A stretch of 64,000 bases of DNA from Phoronis australis (GCA_002633005.1 NMRA01000117.1:727894-791893), one strand, 5' to 3'; shown: positions 50,301 to 63,400, counted from the stretch's first letter. Made by a program: numbers and translations. Notes: generated by a model not told the origin, from the letters alone.

Positions 50301-53300
50301 GAAATGTATCTTAGAAGATATGTTCACAGTGTTCTAAATTTGATGACGCCTTCTATTAATTTTGTCTTTGATTCATAGTTGTCATAACATTTGTTGATAC
50401 ATAAAATGGCCATACTCCAATAGTCATCATGCTGTACCAGACTTGCATGATTCTGTTATCTATTTCAGTCCAAATCCAACATTATCACCCCCCGTAATGG
50501 TGAGCCTCTTATTGCTGCCATTCAAGATTTCATCACTGGCGGATATCTACTGACACAGAAAGACGTCTTCTTCGATCGCACCAAGTTCTGTCAATTGGTG
50601 TCATCTCTGTTGGCTGGACAGGACACAAATGAACCGATAGATCTCCCACCCCCCGCAATATGGAAGGTACAGAGTCGCTGTTAATCAGGGCTGAGACTTG
50701 TTCTGCCTCCTCATGAACTTATTGCTTATTTTCATTCAAAAAGTCCAAAGTTTGGCGGTAGTGATTCATGTGCCCACCATATTGCATAACATTGTGCTTA
50801 AATACCAGAGCATCAAAGAGTGTGTTGTGGTATTTTCAATGAACCTGTTGCTTTTCAAAAAAACGGTGTTTGGCTGACCCCGTCCTGAAATACTGCGGTG
50901 CCACTTGAAGTCTGCAATATTTACCCACAATGCTGTGTATTTATTTGACACATACTTCCACTTCACGTATTGTTTCTTGCTACTATGCTAATCACTCTTT
51001 TGGTTCTTTATTTTATTACCGGACAAATTTTTACGATTGCACAGTGAATTGACGAAGCACTTACTTGTTGAGACCACACAATTTGACATGCTAGACAAAT
51101 ATTTGTGGATGCACATTGTGTACTTGGCTTATCCTGTTGAACTCATTTTAAGTACCTGACATGTCAAAAACTAAGTCTTAGAAATGTATTTCCATTCCTC
51201 CATCTGCGTTCAGTTCAAAACTGTCATTGTTCAATGATAATTTGTTTTCTGGTTGGTAGACTCAGTGCCAACTGATTTATGTTTACAGCCTGACCTTTGC
51301 CATAGGCCTAGAGGGTTAAGCGTCCGCCTCCTGGTCTCATGGTCGTGCATTCAAATCCCAGTGGACCCCACTGCTAGACCCTTAAGTCAGGTCTCTCCTA
51401 TACTACTACACTCCTAAGCCGTAGGTTCATATCCCACTGGACCCCACTGCTAGACCCTTGAGTCAGGTGTCTAGCTCCTCAGCTCGGTCTTAATTTGCAC
51501 GTATATGTGTTATATGTACGAGCTTGCGACGCGCGTATCATTTATCTATTATTTGGGACATATGTCGATCATAAATGGTATTTCAATTGTTAAATATATT
51601 TATGTGAGCAATATGGACCCGTCTTACTCTTCCCCCCCTCATTTCGGTCTATTCCATTATTTCCTTTGTGTAGGACTACACGTCGTTTTCCCAGCCTTCT
51701 TATTGGTCTGTTGTTATCATGTGCCTCGAGTTTGGTAAGCTCTTGGCTCTTATAGGCTGATGATTGTCACGTGTCCTTAGGGATGTTTTCTTTGTTATGG
51801 TAACCTCGCTTTCAGTTCATCTTTGTTCCGGCCACATTGTCGTACATTCAAAAACTCATTCAATTTTCCCACCTCTACCTCCCAGTTTTCGTCATCCTCT
51901 CGTACTTCCACGTCGGCCGGCGCTTTTTTATTGCCCATCTTACCAGAGATTACCAATTATACGTTATTTACCTGTATTCATTATATTGTTATTATACTAG
52001 TCATAATAAATGACCTTATATCGCCTACCACCGTCTCCTTTTCATCTCTGGTAACGAGCTTGCGACGAGCGTATCATTTATCTATTATTCGGGACATATG
52101 TCGATCATAAATGTAGTACTACATATTAATAAAATACGATTTCATGTGTCTGGCGCTGTGGACTAAGGCAGTGGCTTGCTCACGTCTCATGCAGTGAGTA
52201 TGGGACCATCTGCTCTGTTTATATTTATTGCCATATCCAGAAATTTGTAAGTCTAAGAGTTGCCAATGTCAAATCAAACCAGTCCCAATAGTTGCGATCA
52301 AAGTGAGGAGAAATAGTTGTGAATGTTTCAGCAACGTCATTTAATCACCAGACTCAGTCATCATCAGCAGTTGAGTTAAAGTTGCAGAATGCTTTCTAGT
52401 GCTTTCTGGCTGTAACTCTTATTATTGTACATCATATTTTTCGTAATAAACATTAGAAAAATTAAAGGCGCTATAAACCTGCACTTTCTATCATGAAAAT
52501 ATTCAATTAGGCTTCTGATGAAGTGGTAGTTCGTATTGCTTCTGGCCAGGCTTGGTAAGTTCCTTGGCACGGTGGGTTAGTCGAAACATGGCCGTCAGGG
52601 GAATTCCAAATGTTTTATTGTCTTATTGTTGCCAATTTCAATTCAAGTAATGGAAAAGAACACGCCGACGCTGCTTTGGATGAGCAAATACGCCTGTGAA
52701 GAAATTTGTTGTTGATACGGCTTCTAGAGTTGATGTGTATCCTCTGTCTGTTGTGTTTTTTACAGCCGTGCAAGCTGTGGACTGGCAAACAAGTATTCAG
52801 TATGATCTTACGGCCCAACAAGAGATGCCCTGTTCTAGCCAACCTGAGGACAAAGGGAAAGAGTTACACCAGTGGAGATGACTTGTGTATCAATGACTCG
52901 TGTAAGTCTGTTTCTGAAGCCATTGTGTATATTGCTGAAATGAATCACACCCGCTACAGGCAGGCTCCAAGAAAAGTTTTGGGGCTCATTTATCTCCTTA
53001 GCAACTTGAAACTGTTTAGGCTAACTAGGAATTATTTTCAGTGTTATCCATGATGACTGCTTGTTGCGAACACTGGGTCTGGTGCGGTTGCTTTTTCATA
53101 GGCTGCTCATCAGCTGACTTCATGTTGGAATTAACTTGTAGTGGAGTATCTGTTGACAAAGATAAATAATCAGTTGCACTTGGTCCGTAGGATCTTTGCT
53201 TTGAATTAAGAAATTCTGATTATAAAAATGTCAAATGTTGTTTACACATTGGAGGATGCTTCGTTTTCAACACTGGTGAATACTGGTGACATTCAATGCA

Positions 53301-56300
53301 TTTGATGTTATGATTGTACCCTAAAGACACATGCAGTGCCATCTTGTGAAACGATTGTTTTGGCTCATATCTTGGGTGGAACCCTTTTTATGTGCCCACA
53401 TATTTATATGTGGACACATTATGCTGTCATCTCCGTCCGTTCGTCTGTCCGTCCGTCTGTTCATCCGGTGTCGGTCCGGCGTCTGGCGTCCGGCGTCCGC
53501 TGCTCTCCAAAACGCCTTAATGTATGTTCATGAAATTTTGCACGTGTTCCTTCTGTATATGGGACGGCATGAGCGAACTTTCGCACAGATCCGACTACCG
53601 GTGTGCCCCCTAGTGGCAATTTTAGTTTTTTATGTTTACCTCTGTATCTTCAAAAATCCTGAATGGATTTTCATAAAAATTGGTATATAGGCACCTATTA
53701 GTAAGATGACGCTATCCTCTCGTTTTTGGATGGATTTGACGTAGTTTGTGCCACCTAATGGCCATGTTTACTGTTTTCGAGTCTGATTTTGAAAATTGGC
53801 ATGTATGTTCTTATTATGAAGTGAACAGCTGACGATGACTTTCCGATGACTTCGACTTCTGTGGCGCCTCCTATTGGCACTTTTTTGTGCCTATGGCTGT
53901 ATCTCCTAAACCATTCGCGGGATCTTTACTAAATTTAGTAAGTGTATTTCTATGATGTAAACAATGAAGGACGACGACTTTCGGACTGATCTGACGGCTG
54001 GTGTGCCCCCTAGTGGCAATTTTAGTTTTTTATGTTTACCAGTCTGCGTCTTTAAAGGTACTCAACAGATTTTCATAAAATTTTGAATAAAGGCATCTAC
54101 TGGTGAGATGACACCATCATCTTGTATATGGATGAAATCGAGGTACTTTGCGTCACTTAGTGGCCATTTTTGCTGTTTTCAAATCTTGTTTTTGGTGTTC
54201 ACCCCTCTATCAACCAAATCATTCTGGGGATGGTTTTGAACATTGGCGTAATATAGGTTTTCAGTGTGAGATGATGGCGACTGACTACCGTGGCGTCTCC
54301 TAGTGATAGTTTTGTTTTGTTTTGCGCCCATAGCTGTATCTCCAAAACTCACTGCAAGTTCTTTAATTTAGTAAGTGGATTTACTTGAAGATAACAGACG
54401 ACTTTCAGGCAGATCAAACGGTCGCTGTGCCCACAAGTGGCAATTTTTTTAATTTTCCTTTGTTTTTCTGAAGTTCCTTGACAGATTTTTATGAAATATC
54501 GGATAGCACGTGCCCGTTTTTGGATGGATTGTACGTTTTTGCGCCATCTAGTGGCCAACTTTATGATACAAATAACTAACCCTTAAAGCACACCATTTGC
54601 GATGTATTTGTGGGCACATTTCAATGCTCCGCGTTGCTCTTGTTTTTAATGTAGAGTTTTTATTTTCTCTAGCATGGGTATTTACAATTTACATGAAACA
54701 ATAAACAATACAGTATACAAGTACATTAGTTGCAACAAATTATCGTCAAGTATCACAATTTGGTATACAGAACAGAAATACAGATATGTAATAAAAAAAT
54801 CAAGCCATTCTCATCCTTAACATACACGCCACACGCACCCGCCCCCCCAACTTACTCTTAGTAGGATGTTGTCAGGCAAAAGTTATGATTAACCAGTTTC
54901 TCCAGGTTGCATGGTATTCATCTAAATTACCATTATTTAATAAAATCCTTNGTTCGAAATATTTTGAAGTTTGTCTAAATGGTATACCGGGACGGCATAT
55001 TGCTTTTTAACATCAGTTATTGTATCTTGAACGATGTCTACATATTCCCTGTCATTCAAAAGTGAATTGTTAAATTTCCAGAGTCCTTTACCTCTAATAA
55101 TTTCTCTAAATTTTAGGCTTAACAAGACCCCAGAATGATCTGATCTATAACTTGGAGCTATAGAAATTCTTTCGACAGAATGCATCACAAAGTTTTGGAA
55201 ACCAAAAAAAAGTCAAGCCTAGCCTGCTTAATTGGATTTTTTCTTCGCCAAGTGAATCTTCTCTTTGACGGAAAAAATGTAGAGAGTTAGCGCTCATAAT
55301 TGCACATAATGAAAAAGTGTGCCAAATGGTGTTCATTGATTACTTCAGCTGGAAGATACACCATTGCGACCTGTATTTATTCCATTTGAAGTTTGGATTT
55401 CAGTTTGACCTAACTAGCACTGTGTGTGGAGGGCTGTTATGAAAGTCTACAATCAATTAAACCATGGCTGTGAAGTTTATGAGTTGCTGTCTCGAGTTAG
55501 CTTGTCTTAAAATATCAAATCAGTTACAATGCGTTTCCTCGTCATTTGTTGTTATAATGTCGTTGCCAACCTTTATGATATTTTTTTAAATGCTATATTC
55601 TCATAAAAGTATATCTTTATTCATTTATCATCATTCAATTTCCAGAGTTTTTAGCAGATTTGAGCATTGATGGCTCTTTTGTGCACAGGTTGATTTGCAT
55701 AAAATTTTTTGTTTTTACTTTTTGGTCTTGGATTACTGATCATCTCTCCAACAACGGACATCAGCTGTCAAAAATGAAGACTTTCAACATTTTGAAAAAT
55801 AACGTTGATGGTGATATCTCGGTTGTTTGAGAATAAATAGAAAATCTGAGACATGGTTCCCTGCGTATTGACAATCAATTCAACCAATAGTTCAAGAAAT
55901 TAGCAGCACTTTAGTTAAAGTTTCTTTATTGAGAAATGACTGTTTTCACAAAAATGGCGCTAGGATAATTTTAAACGATTTTGCAATGTTTTAAGGCATG
56001 GATTAAGGTTTTTCAGTTTCTTGATGAAATGTGGAAGGAGTTCATGAAGGTTGACTAAAGTGTCTTGGCTAGCACAGCTCAAATGTCATGAATTCTGTGT
56101 TTAATTCATTTCTAGTTGTTGTGATCAGGAACAGCGAGTTACTGTGTGGATCCATGGACAAAGGAACTTTAGGATCAGGCTCAAAGAATAACATCTTCTA
56201 CGTGTTACTGAGAGACTGGGGTGCGCACGTGGCAGCCAATGCCCTTGGAAGACTAGCTAAACTGTGTCCTGCCTTTCTCAGTAAGTAAAATGAACTTGTA

Positions 56301-59300
56301 CGTGTTACTAAAGGATTGGAGTAATGGTCTAGGTGCTAAGGGCTTAGCCCGACATTGTCCTTGTTTCTCTAGTTCTGCTGTGCGCCCCCTAGTGTTGTAT
56401 GGTTCTGCTTGGGTACCAGAGGTCGCTTTGGTCAGCTAACTTGGTGTAACTGTTTTGAGTACACGTTTTGAATACGCTCTGGTGTTGTACGTTTTTGTGA
56501 GTTTGTCCTCCGCAACAACCTTTGGTGTAACATTTGACGATCTCGCCAGGAACAAGAGAATGCGTATGTTGAAAATGGTGGTTGTTTGCTTTGTCAATTA
56601 ATCGTTAATGAAGTTGGGCATTCAGCTTCAATGTGGACTACGATTTGAATATTTTCAGACCTTGCAGGAGCCTCCTAGAACCACCCTTGCTGTAATTTCG
56701 TTTAAATGTTTTCGTGCATTATGGTTCTGAATAATCATTTCTCGCTCTATCTCTCCGTCTTCCGTCTTCGTCTCCCCCTCTCTCTCTACCCTCTTCCTCT
56801 TTCTCCTGCTCTCGTCCTCTCCCTCATTTTCCCTCTCTCTCCCTCTTTGTTCCCTCTTTCCTCCTCTCTTTCCCTCCGCCTCTCTCCGTCTTTTCTATCT
56901 CATTTCCTTCCCTCCAACAGTAGGAAGAAAAACCTATTTTAGATGAAAAATCCAAAACTTTCAGCTAAATCTTGTAAGTGAAGAACCAGATCAGTCTATT
57001 TTGTCTGTTTTTTATGTCATTAGAATGCTGCATTTTGGTAACAAACAGTAGAAGTGCTGGTTTTGGATGATGTTTTACCCTCCATGTTTCAGGTCACAGA
57101 GGGTTCTCTATAGGTATAGGTGACGTCACTCCAGGTTCGGGCCTCCTTAAAGCCAAACAGAAACTGCTAGATGAAGGGTAAATAAATGGTCTGGGAGTTT
57201 ATCTTGGGGTCTATATGTTGATAAGTGTCCTTTTTATAGGAGGAATTGTTTGAAAAATTGAATAGGCCTGTCTCGAATTAGGACACCACAACATAGAATG
57301 ATATTAACCCCTAATGGTGGGCTGCAACTTCATGGTTATAATATTATGTCAAAATCACTGTATCATTGTCATTCTTATGCCAGCAAAGTTCTTTTGATGT
57401 ATTGTGATTTGCAATGCTGAAAGGAATTGACAAATTGGCGAAACATAGTCTGCTGTCAGTGGACATGCATTGCATCACGTTTCACCAACTGCCTCACCGT
57501 ATAATCACTTGTCTCTTCAAAAGCCTTTCATGCATTGTATTTTTCTACCTTCGTTAATGGTTAGAGTTCATTTGGGGGTGGTGCTGTTGAAATGACTTCA
57601 TAGGATGGATTTATGAAATGAGAATGACAACAAACGGATATGACTGGAATGAGACAGTGGCATGATATGCAAACTATTCAGGGCCTCAAATCTATGGCCA
57701 ATTTGGAGGAACTGTGAGTCGTGTTAATATCTTCAGTGCATTATTTTGATAACCCCTGGTGAATTCTGTAGTATCATGGTTTAACATAAGAACTGCATCT
57801 GTCTTGCATTACATGGACTGTACCTGTCATGTCTGTATATGTGTTACAGGTACTCTCAGTGTGACGAGTACATTCAACAGTTGGATGACGGTAAACTTCC
57901 CTGTCAACCTGGCTGTACAGAGGAGGAGACCCTGGAGGTCAGTACTACTACAAACTCTTGTTGATGGTTATGAAGTACCCCAGAGAAATGTCCAAATTTG
58001 GCTAAATTTAGAACATCATATCTCAGAAATTACTGATTGGATTTATCCGAAGCTTTCGGAACACTGTGCTTTAGACTTTTCTACATAAGTCTCTGAGGAA
58101 TGTTACATTTTTGCATGAGTGGCTATTGAAAAATAGGACCTATAATGATTTCTATGAAAAACTCAAAAAGTTGCCCGGATATCTGTTTTTGTAAGGGCAT
58201 TGTCAGAAAAAGTAAACAACTGACTTCTGAATACTTTAAGCTGCATTTTGCCTGACTGTTTATTTGGCTAAATAGAGAATCCTACACGAGTCTCAGGTTT
58301 ATGACATGGGCAAAACCTCTGACGAAATTTCCAAGAGGTTTTGCCCATGTCATAATCTGAAATAAGCGTAGGATTTGTCTTGTCACATGAACCTTAAAAA
58401 CGATCGTTTTTGCTAAAAAATTCGACGTGTCTAAAACTTACAACCACACGATGCAACTTTTGTAAAAACACGCTTGCGCAATGTAATTTATTCTCAGTTG
58501 TTAATTGTATTCAGCAAATATTCAAGTTAGAATCTAATAAATTATCTTTGAAGTTGTAATATTAAAACTTAAAAAAATTTATAAATAATAGTCAGCAAGG
58601 CTCCCCGTGCGTGAGCACTTAATTGACCTTGATATAGCACAGCTATACAGTCTAGTCGCGTTTCTCGAGTTGGGGCTAGTCTCCGTTTGAATGAACGTGG
58701 ATATGGAATTTGCCGCCTAAGATGGGTCCATTTAAGAAGTTATTTGCATGTCCTTCCGCCTGTCAGTATGTACAGTTGCGACACCCGATTTGTCAATCAT
58801 AGTTTTGCCACTTTCTTGGAATTCCGGCATTGTTTGGTTGGTGCGCGTTTGGTTGTTTTAGTGTTTTGCAGACGATAAAATGTAAGGTGTATGGATTTCT
58901 ACTTTGCACTACTTTGTGATTTGCCCATGTAATATCAAAAAATTACATACTCAGTGTTATTAACCAGTCGTGTCGTAACAAATTTCAGGTCATGTGAGAA
59001 AAACAAAAATCGAATTTGGCCATTTACTCTCATGAAATCAGTCTTGTATTATTTCTTACTGCGATAGGATTCTATTTCGGTTACCAAATTAAATGCACCA
59101 TTTATGAATTTACAATTTTAGGGTTGGCCAAACCCAATATACTCTGAAGCTTGTTCTTGTTGGTAATGGAAACAGAATGCCAGGATGGAAAGGAATATTT
59201 TGTAACCATTTTTATCAGAGTAAAAGTGCCAAATCCCCCTTTCACTTTTAGCCAGAAATGCAGGTTTAAGACAACACAAAACAAAATTCCAATTATTTCT

Positions 59301-59424
59301 TTCTCACAATAGGCTGTTATCCTGAAGGAACTGTCCGTTATCCGTGACCATGCAGGGAAAGCATGTCTGACAGAGCTGCCAAGCTGTAATAGCCCTCTGA
59401 CAATGGCTGTTTGTGGCTCCAAAG
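38357..59424 (+). CDS. POLR3A: RNA polymerase III largest subunit RPC1, coding exons 1-18 (3'-incomplete in window)
   Basis: Exons 38357-38400, 39563-39698, 42017-42166, 42586-42748, 43235-43389, 43999-44174, 45084-45183, 45661-45738, 46466-46603, 48101-48249, 49167-49308, 49929-50069, 50469-50666, 52766-52901, 56116-56280, 57093-57177, 57850-57937, 59313-59424; GT-AG with compatible phases; [11 protein letters not shown] start, [29 protein letters not shown], catalytic [16 protein letters not shown]. Confidence 0.97.
38523..39065. mobile_element. Second foldback element of the same family, right arm truncated, in POLR3A intron 1
   Basis: Starts cacaggcgtcctccgcttctgatcgt like 37246; 38657-38835 is complementary to 38885-39065; ends abruptly at a 28-bp tandem array. 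Confidence 0.8.
39064..39212. repeat. 28-bp tandem repeat x5
   Basis: Unit gtcagtagcgatcattcaatcagacatt. Confidence 0.95.
41223..41850. repeat. 42-bp perfect tandem repeat x~15 in POLR3A intron 2, beginning at an assembly gap
   Basis: Unit tatctcatgtagctaaccaatgcctcaacaccatagttgttc; N at 41222. Confidence 0.97.
43845..44033 (+). repeat. 47-bp tandem repeat x4 spanning the POLR3A intron 5/exon 6 boundary
   Basis: Unit tggtatgttgtag|gagatgcttaatcctctggtagtgttggacctgt; exon starts possible at 43858, 43905, 43952, 43999. Confidence 0.95.
44633..44768. repeat. Degenerate ~27-bp tandem repeat x5
   Basis: ccttacct(t/c)ggtca(g/a)ta(g/t)agctctg variants. Confidence 0.7.
46700..48861. mobile_element. 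Two old copies (~46700-47210 and ~48340-48861) of an interspersed non-autonomous DNA element; third fragment at ~58020-58200
   Basis: Shared blocks gatactagg.tttatgcactgtt, tgacccaattaatgtcag, ttctac.gactttttact..cagaaaata; second copy ends ...gcagGGTTAA (piggyBac-like terminus). Confidence 0.5.
47787..47882. repeat. 19-bp tandem repeat x5
   Basis: Unit catgatgactggatgggga. Confidence 0.95.
51303..51480 (+). mobile_element. Degenerate tRNA-derived SINE-like head with internal duplication
   Basis: A-box-like ggcctagagggttaagcg, B-box-like ttcaaatccc, followed by tggaccccactgctagaccctt.agtcagg present twice. Confidence 0.4.
53385..54645 (+). mobile_element. Helentron-associated interspersed element (HINE/DINE-1-like)
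   Basis: 5' T-run, subterminal IR atgtgcccaca with adjacent tgtggacacat, (GTCC/GTCT)n microsatellite, ~400-bp internal repeats (gtgtgccccctagtggcaattt at ~53602, ~54001, ~54427), 3' subTIR tgtgggcacat (54610), small 3' hairpin caatgc-tcc-gcgttg, ends cttgtttt. Confidence 0.8.
54655..55215 (-). mobile_element. Tx1/L1-clade LINE fragments joined across a gap
   Basis: APE endonuclease end SDHS followed by [12 protein letters not shown] (54952-55190); N at 54951; ORF2-terminus-like W..W segment and AATAAA on minus near 54660. Confidence 0.65.
56738..56915. repeat. CT-rich polypyrimidine low-complexity tract
   Basis: ~180 bp almost entirely C/T on plus strand. Confidence 0.9.
58271..59076. mobile_element. 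Non-autonomous element with short TIRs, nested IRs and 5' hairpin (Crypton-like architecture, family uncertain)
   Basis: Ends aatagagaatcctac / gataggattctatt; internal IR tcacatgaacct (58384) / aggtcatgtga (58987); perfect stem ttatgacatgggcaaaacctct / agaggttttgcccatgtcataa (58299-58355). Confidence 0.55.
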
Positions 59425-60490
59425 GTAGGCATGTGTGAAAGATACTCTTTCCATTTTTTCAGTTAAAAAACTTTATGAAAGGGATTTGGCTGCAAACCAG
59501 TCTAGTCAAAACTAATTGTGCTATTTCAATGCGTAACCAAATGTGTGGACAATATTTATAATCTCACTTTTTATTATAGGATTTATTTTTTGAATTACTG
59601 TTGGTGCACTAACAAAATGACCACCACTGGTGAACAGGATTGATCTTCACTTTTTATGAATTGTCTGTAAACAAAAAAATATGCAGGACTGTAGTTTTCA
59701 AATTGTTCGTACTTTAATAATGTCTCTCGATATCTGTGTCCTATACTGGTGAAAGTATGACAAAGAGCATCTTTAAAGTGTAGAGGCACCAAACAGTAGG
59801 AGGTAGAACTGCCATTAAGTAACATTTTTGTGCTCCGAACTGTGCTAAATTAAAGTAAAAACAGCAGAGTAGTTCTACTGTATGTATCCTTCTCTTATAA
59901 GTTTTGCTATTGTACCCTTAATAATTTGGAAACGTGACAAAAATGTGCGACAAGGTGACATTTGCATCGATGTCGTACTTCGTGGGACCTTGTAACTCCT
60001 ATCATGCAGTGTTCTTCCTCAGTCATGCAATGCAGTACTTACAGGACTCAGTTTCGGTGATTTATAGTGGACCATGTTTTCCGTGAGACCATTCTAAAAT
60101 GCATTTAGCTTCTTAAAGGCTGAAAATTTTCAGAATGACACAACATGATGTGTAGTCACCATTTTTTATCAGTTGTGCTGCTGTGTTGAGTATGTACTTG
60201 GTTGTCAATGCTTGTTCATATTTACATTAAAGAGGAGACGTTCAATTTTAGCTTATTCAGACAGTCATTAGTCACATTTCATGCACAGACATTTTCAAAT
60301 AGAATGATGAATGTTTATGCCATGCTTGCTCTGAATAGAAACTGCTGGAAGAAGACTTGTTTTACTATCATCAGTTCAATTAATTTAAGTGTTATGCTTT
60401 GTTCATCTGTGAATACAAATTGCGTTTTATGTAGTATCAATCTACCAAGATGTCTTCCGTAGCATACACACACACTTGATGTTTCAGCTT

Positions 60491-63400
60491 CAATTGTGTG
60501 CAGGCATCGATGGCTAGGAGTGTTAGTCATATTGTATTATCTCACAATCACACAATTGTGTGCAGGCATCGATGGCTACGAGTGTTAGTCATATTGTATT
60601 ATCTCACAATCACACAATTGTGTGCAGGCATCGATGGCTAGGAGTGTTAGACATATTGCATTATCTCACAATCACACAATTGTGTGCAGGCATCGATGGC
60701 TAGGAGTGTTAGTCATATTGTATTATTTCACAATCACACAATTGTGTGCAGGCATCGATGGCTAGGAGTGTTAGTCATGTTGTATTATCTCACAATCACA
60801 CAATTGTGTGCAGGCTTCGATGGCTAGGAGTGTTAGTCATATTGTATTATCTCACAATCACACAATTGTGTGCAGGCATCGATGGCTAGGAGTGTTAGTC
60901 ATGTTGTATTATCTCACAATCACACAATTGTGTGCAGGCATCGATGGCTAGGAGTGTTAGTCATATTGTATTATCTCACAATCACACAATTGTGTGCAGG
61001 CATCGATGGCTAGGAGTGTTAGTCATGTTGTATTATCTCACAATCACACAATTGTGTGCAGGCTTCGATGGCTAGGAGTGTTAGTCATATTGTATTATCT
61101 CACAATCACACAATTGTGTGCAGGCATCGATGGCTAGGAGTGTTAGCAGTGTTCTCCACGACCACTTTTAAGGTGTCGCAGCGTCCTGTTTGGCCGAGCG
61201 CGCGTCCTGTTTAAATGTCCCGCGTCCTGTTTAAAAATCCAGCGTCCTGTTTAAAAATCCCGCGACCAGTTTAAAAATATAGGTTCTACTTTGTAAAAAA
61301 GACGTCGTCGTCGTTAATAAGTTCTTCACTGGTTCAAATTACGCTTGACAGCAACTGGCCATAGCCCATTGAAACTGAATAAAGGCTAAGCCTAAGGAAG
61401 TCGGTGGTCCGTTGTGGACAGCCTAATCACCGGACTCACTCAAGCGGCAGACCGGGCCGCAAGTCTATTTATGATGTAACGCGGCGTGTAAATAATCTCT
61501 CGATTATCTTTTCAATTCATCCTGAACGACTAGTCAATTTAAACAAAGGCCCAGTGCTACCTATACGCCTAATCCACTACCTGCTCACTGGAGGTGCAGT
61601 CCGGCACGAAAGTCGCTGATCGTTGCGTTAGTCCTTTTCGCTTTTGCAGTCACCTTTTTGTGTTCGGCGGAGAACTAATCATATTACCCATTGAAAATAA
61701 AATAATTAAGGCTAGGTGGTTAGTTCTGCGAAGTGTATGTTGTCAGCAAAGACACAGTTGCGCAGCCGTTTATGCAACGGCCGTCTTCTAGGAGGCCAGA
61801 ATTTTGGTTTTCGTAGCACATTTTTCAATATTCCGTGGGCCCCATGACAGACTTTACCGATACCAGTCTCAAAAACATTTGCATGAAACTGCCTTTGATG
61901 GTTCTCATTGGTTATTGTTTATGTATTTCTCACTTAGATGAGTAATATTGGTTACTTTTTGTGCCACCGGCCCATTGAGATTGACCGAGTTCATCTCGTT
62001 GCCTTATAAGGAGTTTCGTTGGCAGCATGAACATTGTGTTTGTGGCGCATACTCCCTCTAAAAATCTGCCGAGCCGTTCGCAAACTCAACTTCGACATTG
62101 GCTGTGACGTTTGCGGTTTCGGGGGAGTATTCCGAGATTTGGGACAGCGGGTGACGTCACTGAGTAAAGTTCAAAGTATATGTGTTTCGCGTTGAAAAAT
62201 TGCAGCCAAAATCACGTGCTCTCATTGAAATCAAGCAGTAATATCTAGCGTAATCCTGCAGGGTTTTGTTTACCTAGCGTGGTCCTTACGTTAGTGAATT
62301 CTATCCTGGCTTCCGTTACCAATTGACATGTGCATTCTACATACTTAGAAATGTCGTCTGCCGCGCGAAAGCGAAGCACCGCTAAACCTAAGGATTATTT
62401 TAAAAACCGAGAGATGTTTCAGATACTGACATTGACTCAGACGCATATACGACAGATAATCCAGGGCCAGATGGTGGTGATATTACCGGGCTCGGTCAAC
62501 GAATCGAAGATATCCGTGTCACAAACGATGAACCGAATTTTTGCCAACGTCAGACATCGGCAATACAAATGAATACAATTCGCTCTAACTTGAGAATAGA
62601 TGGTTTTCATCTGGAAGAATGAGTTTGTGACAATCCAGAAAATTATGGGAATTCCATAGTTGCAAGCGTTTGATAATTCAGTTGATATCTTTTTAGAGAT
62701 ATTGATTGTCATCAACAGGCCTGACACTCCCGTCCAAGTAGGCCTAGATGGAAAACGCAAGTGAATTGTTTTGTTTACCCTACCTAATTTGCAGTCATGG
62801 GGGACTCGCGTATTGTGCAGTTTTTACAAGAGTTCTGGTAGTGCAGAAGTTCAATATGTTGTACCAGCTTCAGAACATCGAATTCAGACTGTAAGAATGT
62901 GCAAGATATTACACGTACAGACTGAGAGAAAACGTAAACTGTGCTATCAAGACATAAAAATGTGACTGACTTAACAAAGACACTTCACTGTCTATGTCAT
63001 AGGAAAAGTTTACTTCTGTGCTAGACTTTTTGTACTTAGTTGACATTGACATCATTATTGAGTAGCCTAAAACATTTCCCCATACTGTATCAAACACTCT
63101 GTAGACTTCCATTTCGAAGTCATTGACTAAGCAAATGGGTTATGACATATGTGATATGTTTGTAAATAAGTCCAACTTTTAAAAATAAAAAGTTAAATAC
63201 ACACAGTTATTTGTTTGCACTACTGTGCATTACTGTTAAAGTGAGTGGGTAAAAATAAGGTGCACAAAAAACTGCACACTAGCTTATGGAGAACGTTGAC
63301 CGCCGCGCGGTTCCGGCACGTTGCAGTTTTTACGCGTGCGACCTGTTTAGATTTTCAGATGTGGAGAACACTGGTTAGTCATGTTGTATTATCTCACAAT

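Noticed and set aside
61147-61160. RSS-heptamer/Transib (ProtoRAG) identity for the 5-bp-TSD element
   Set aside because: Terminus is CAGTG, not CAC; no nonamer-like motif or RAG-like coding sequence seen.
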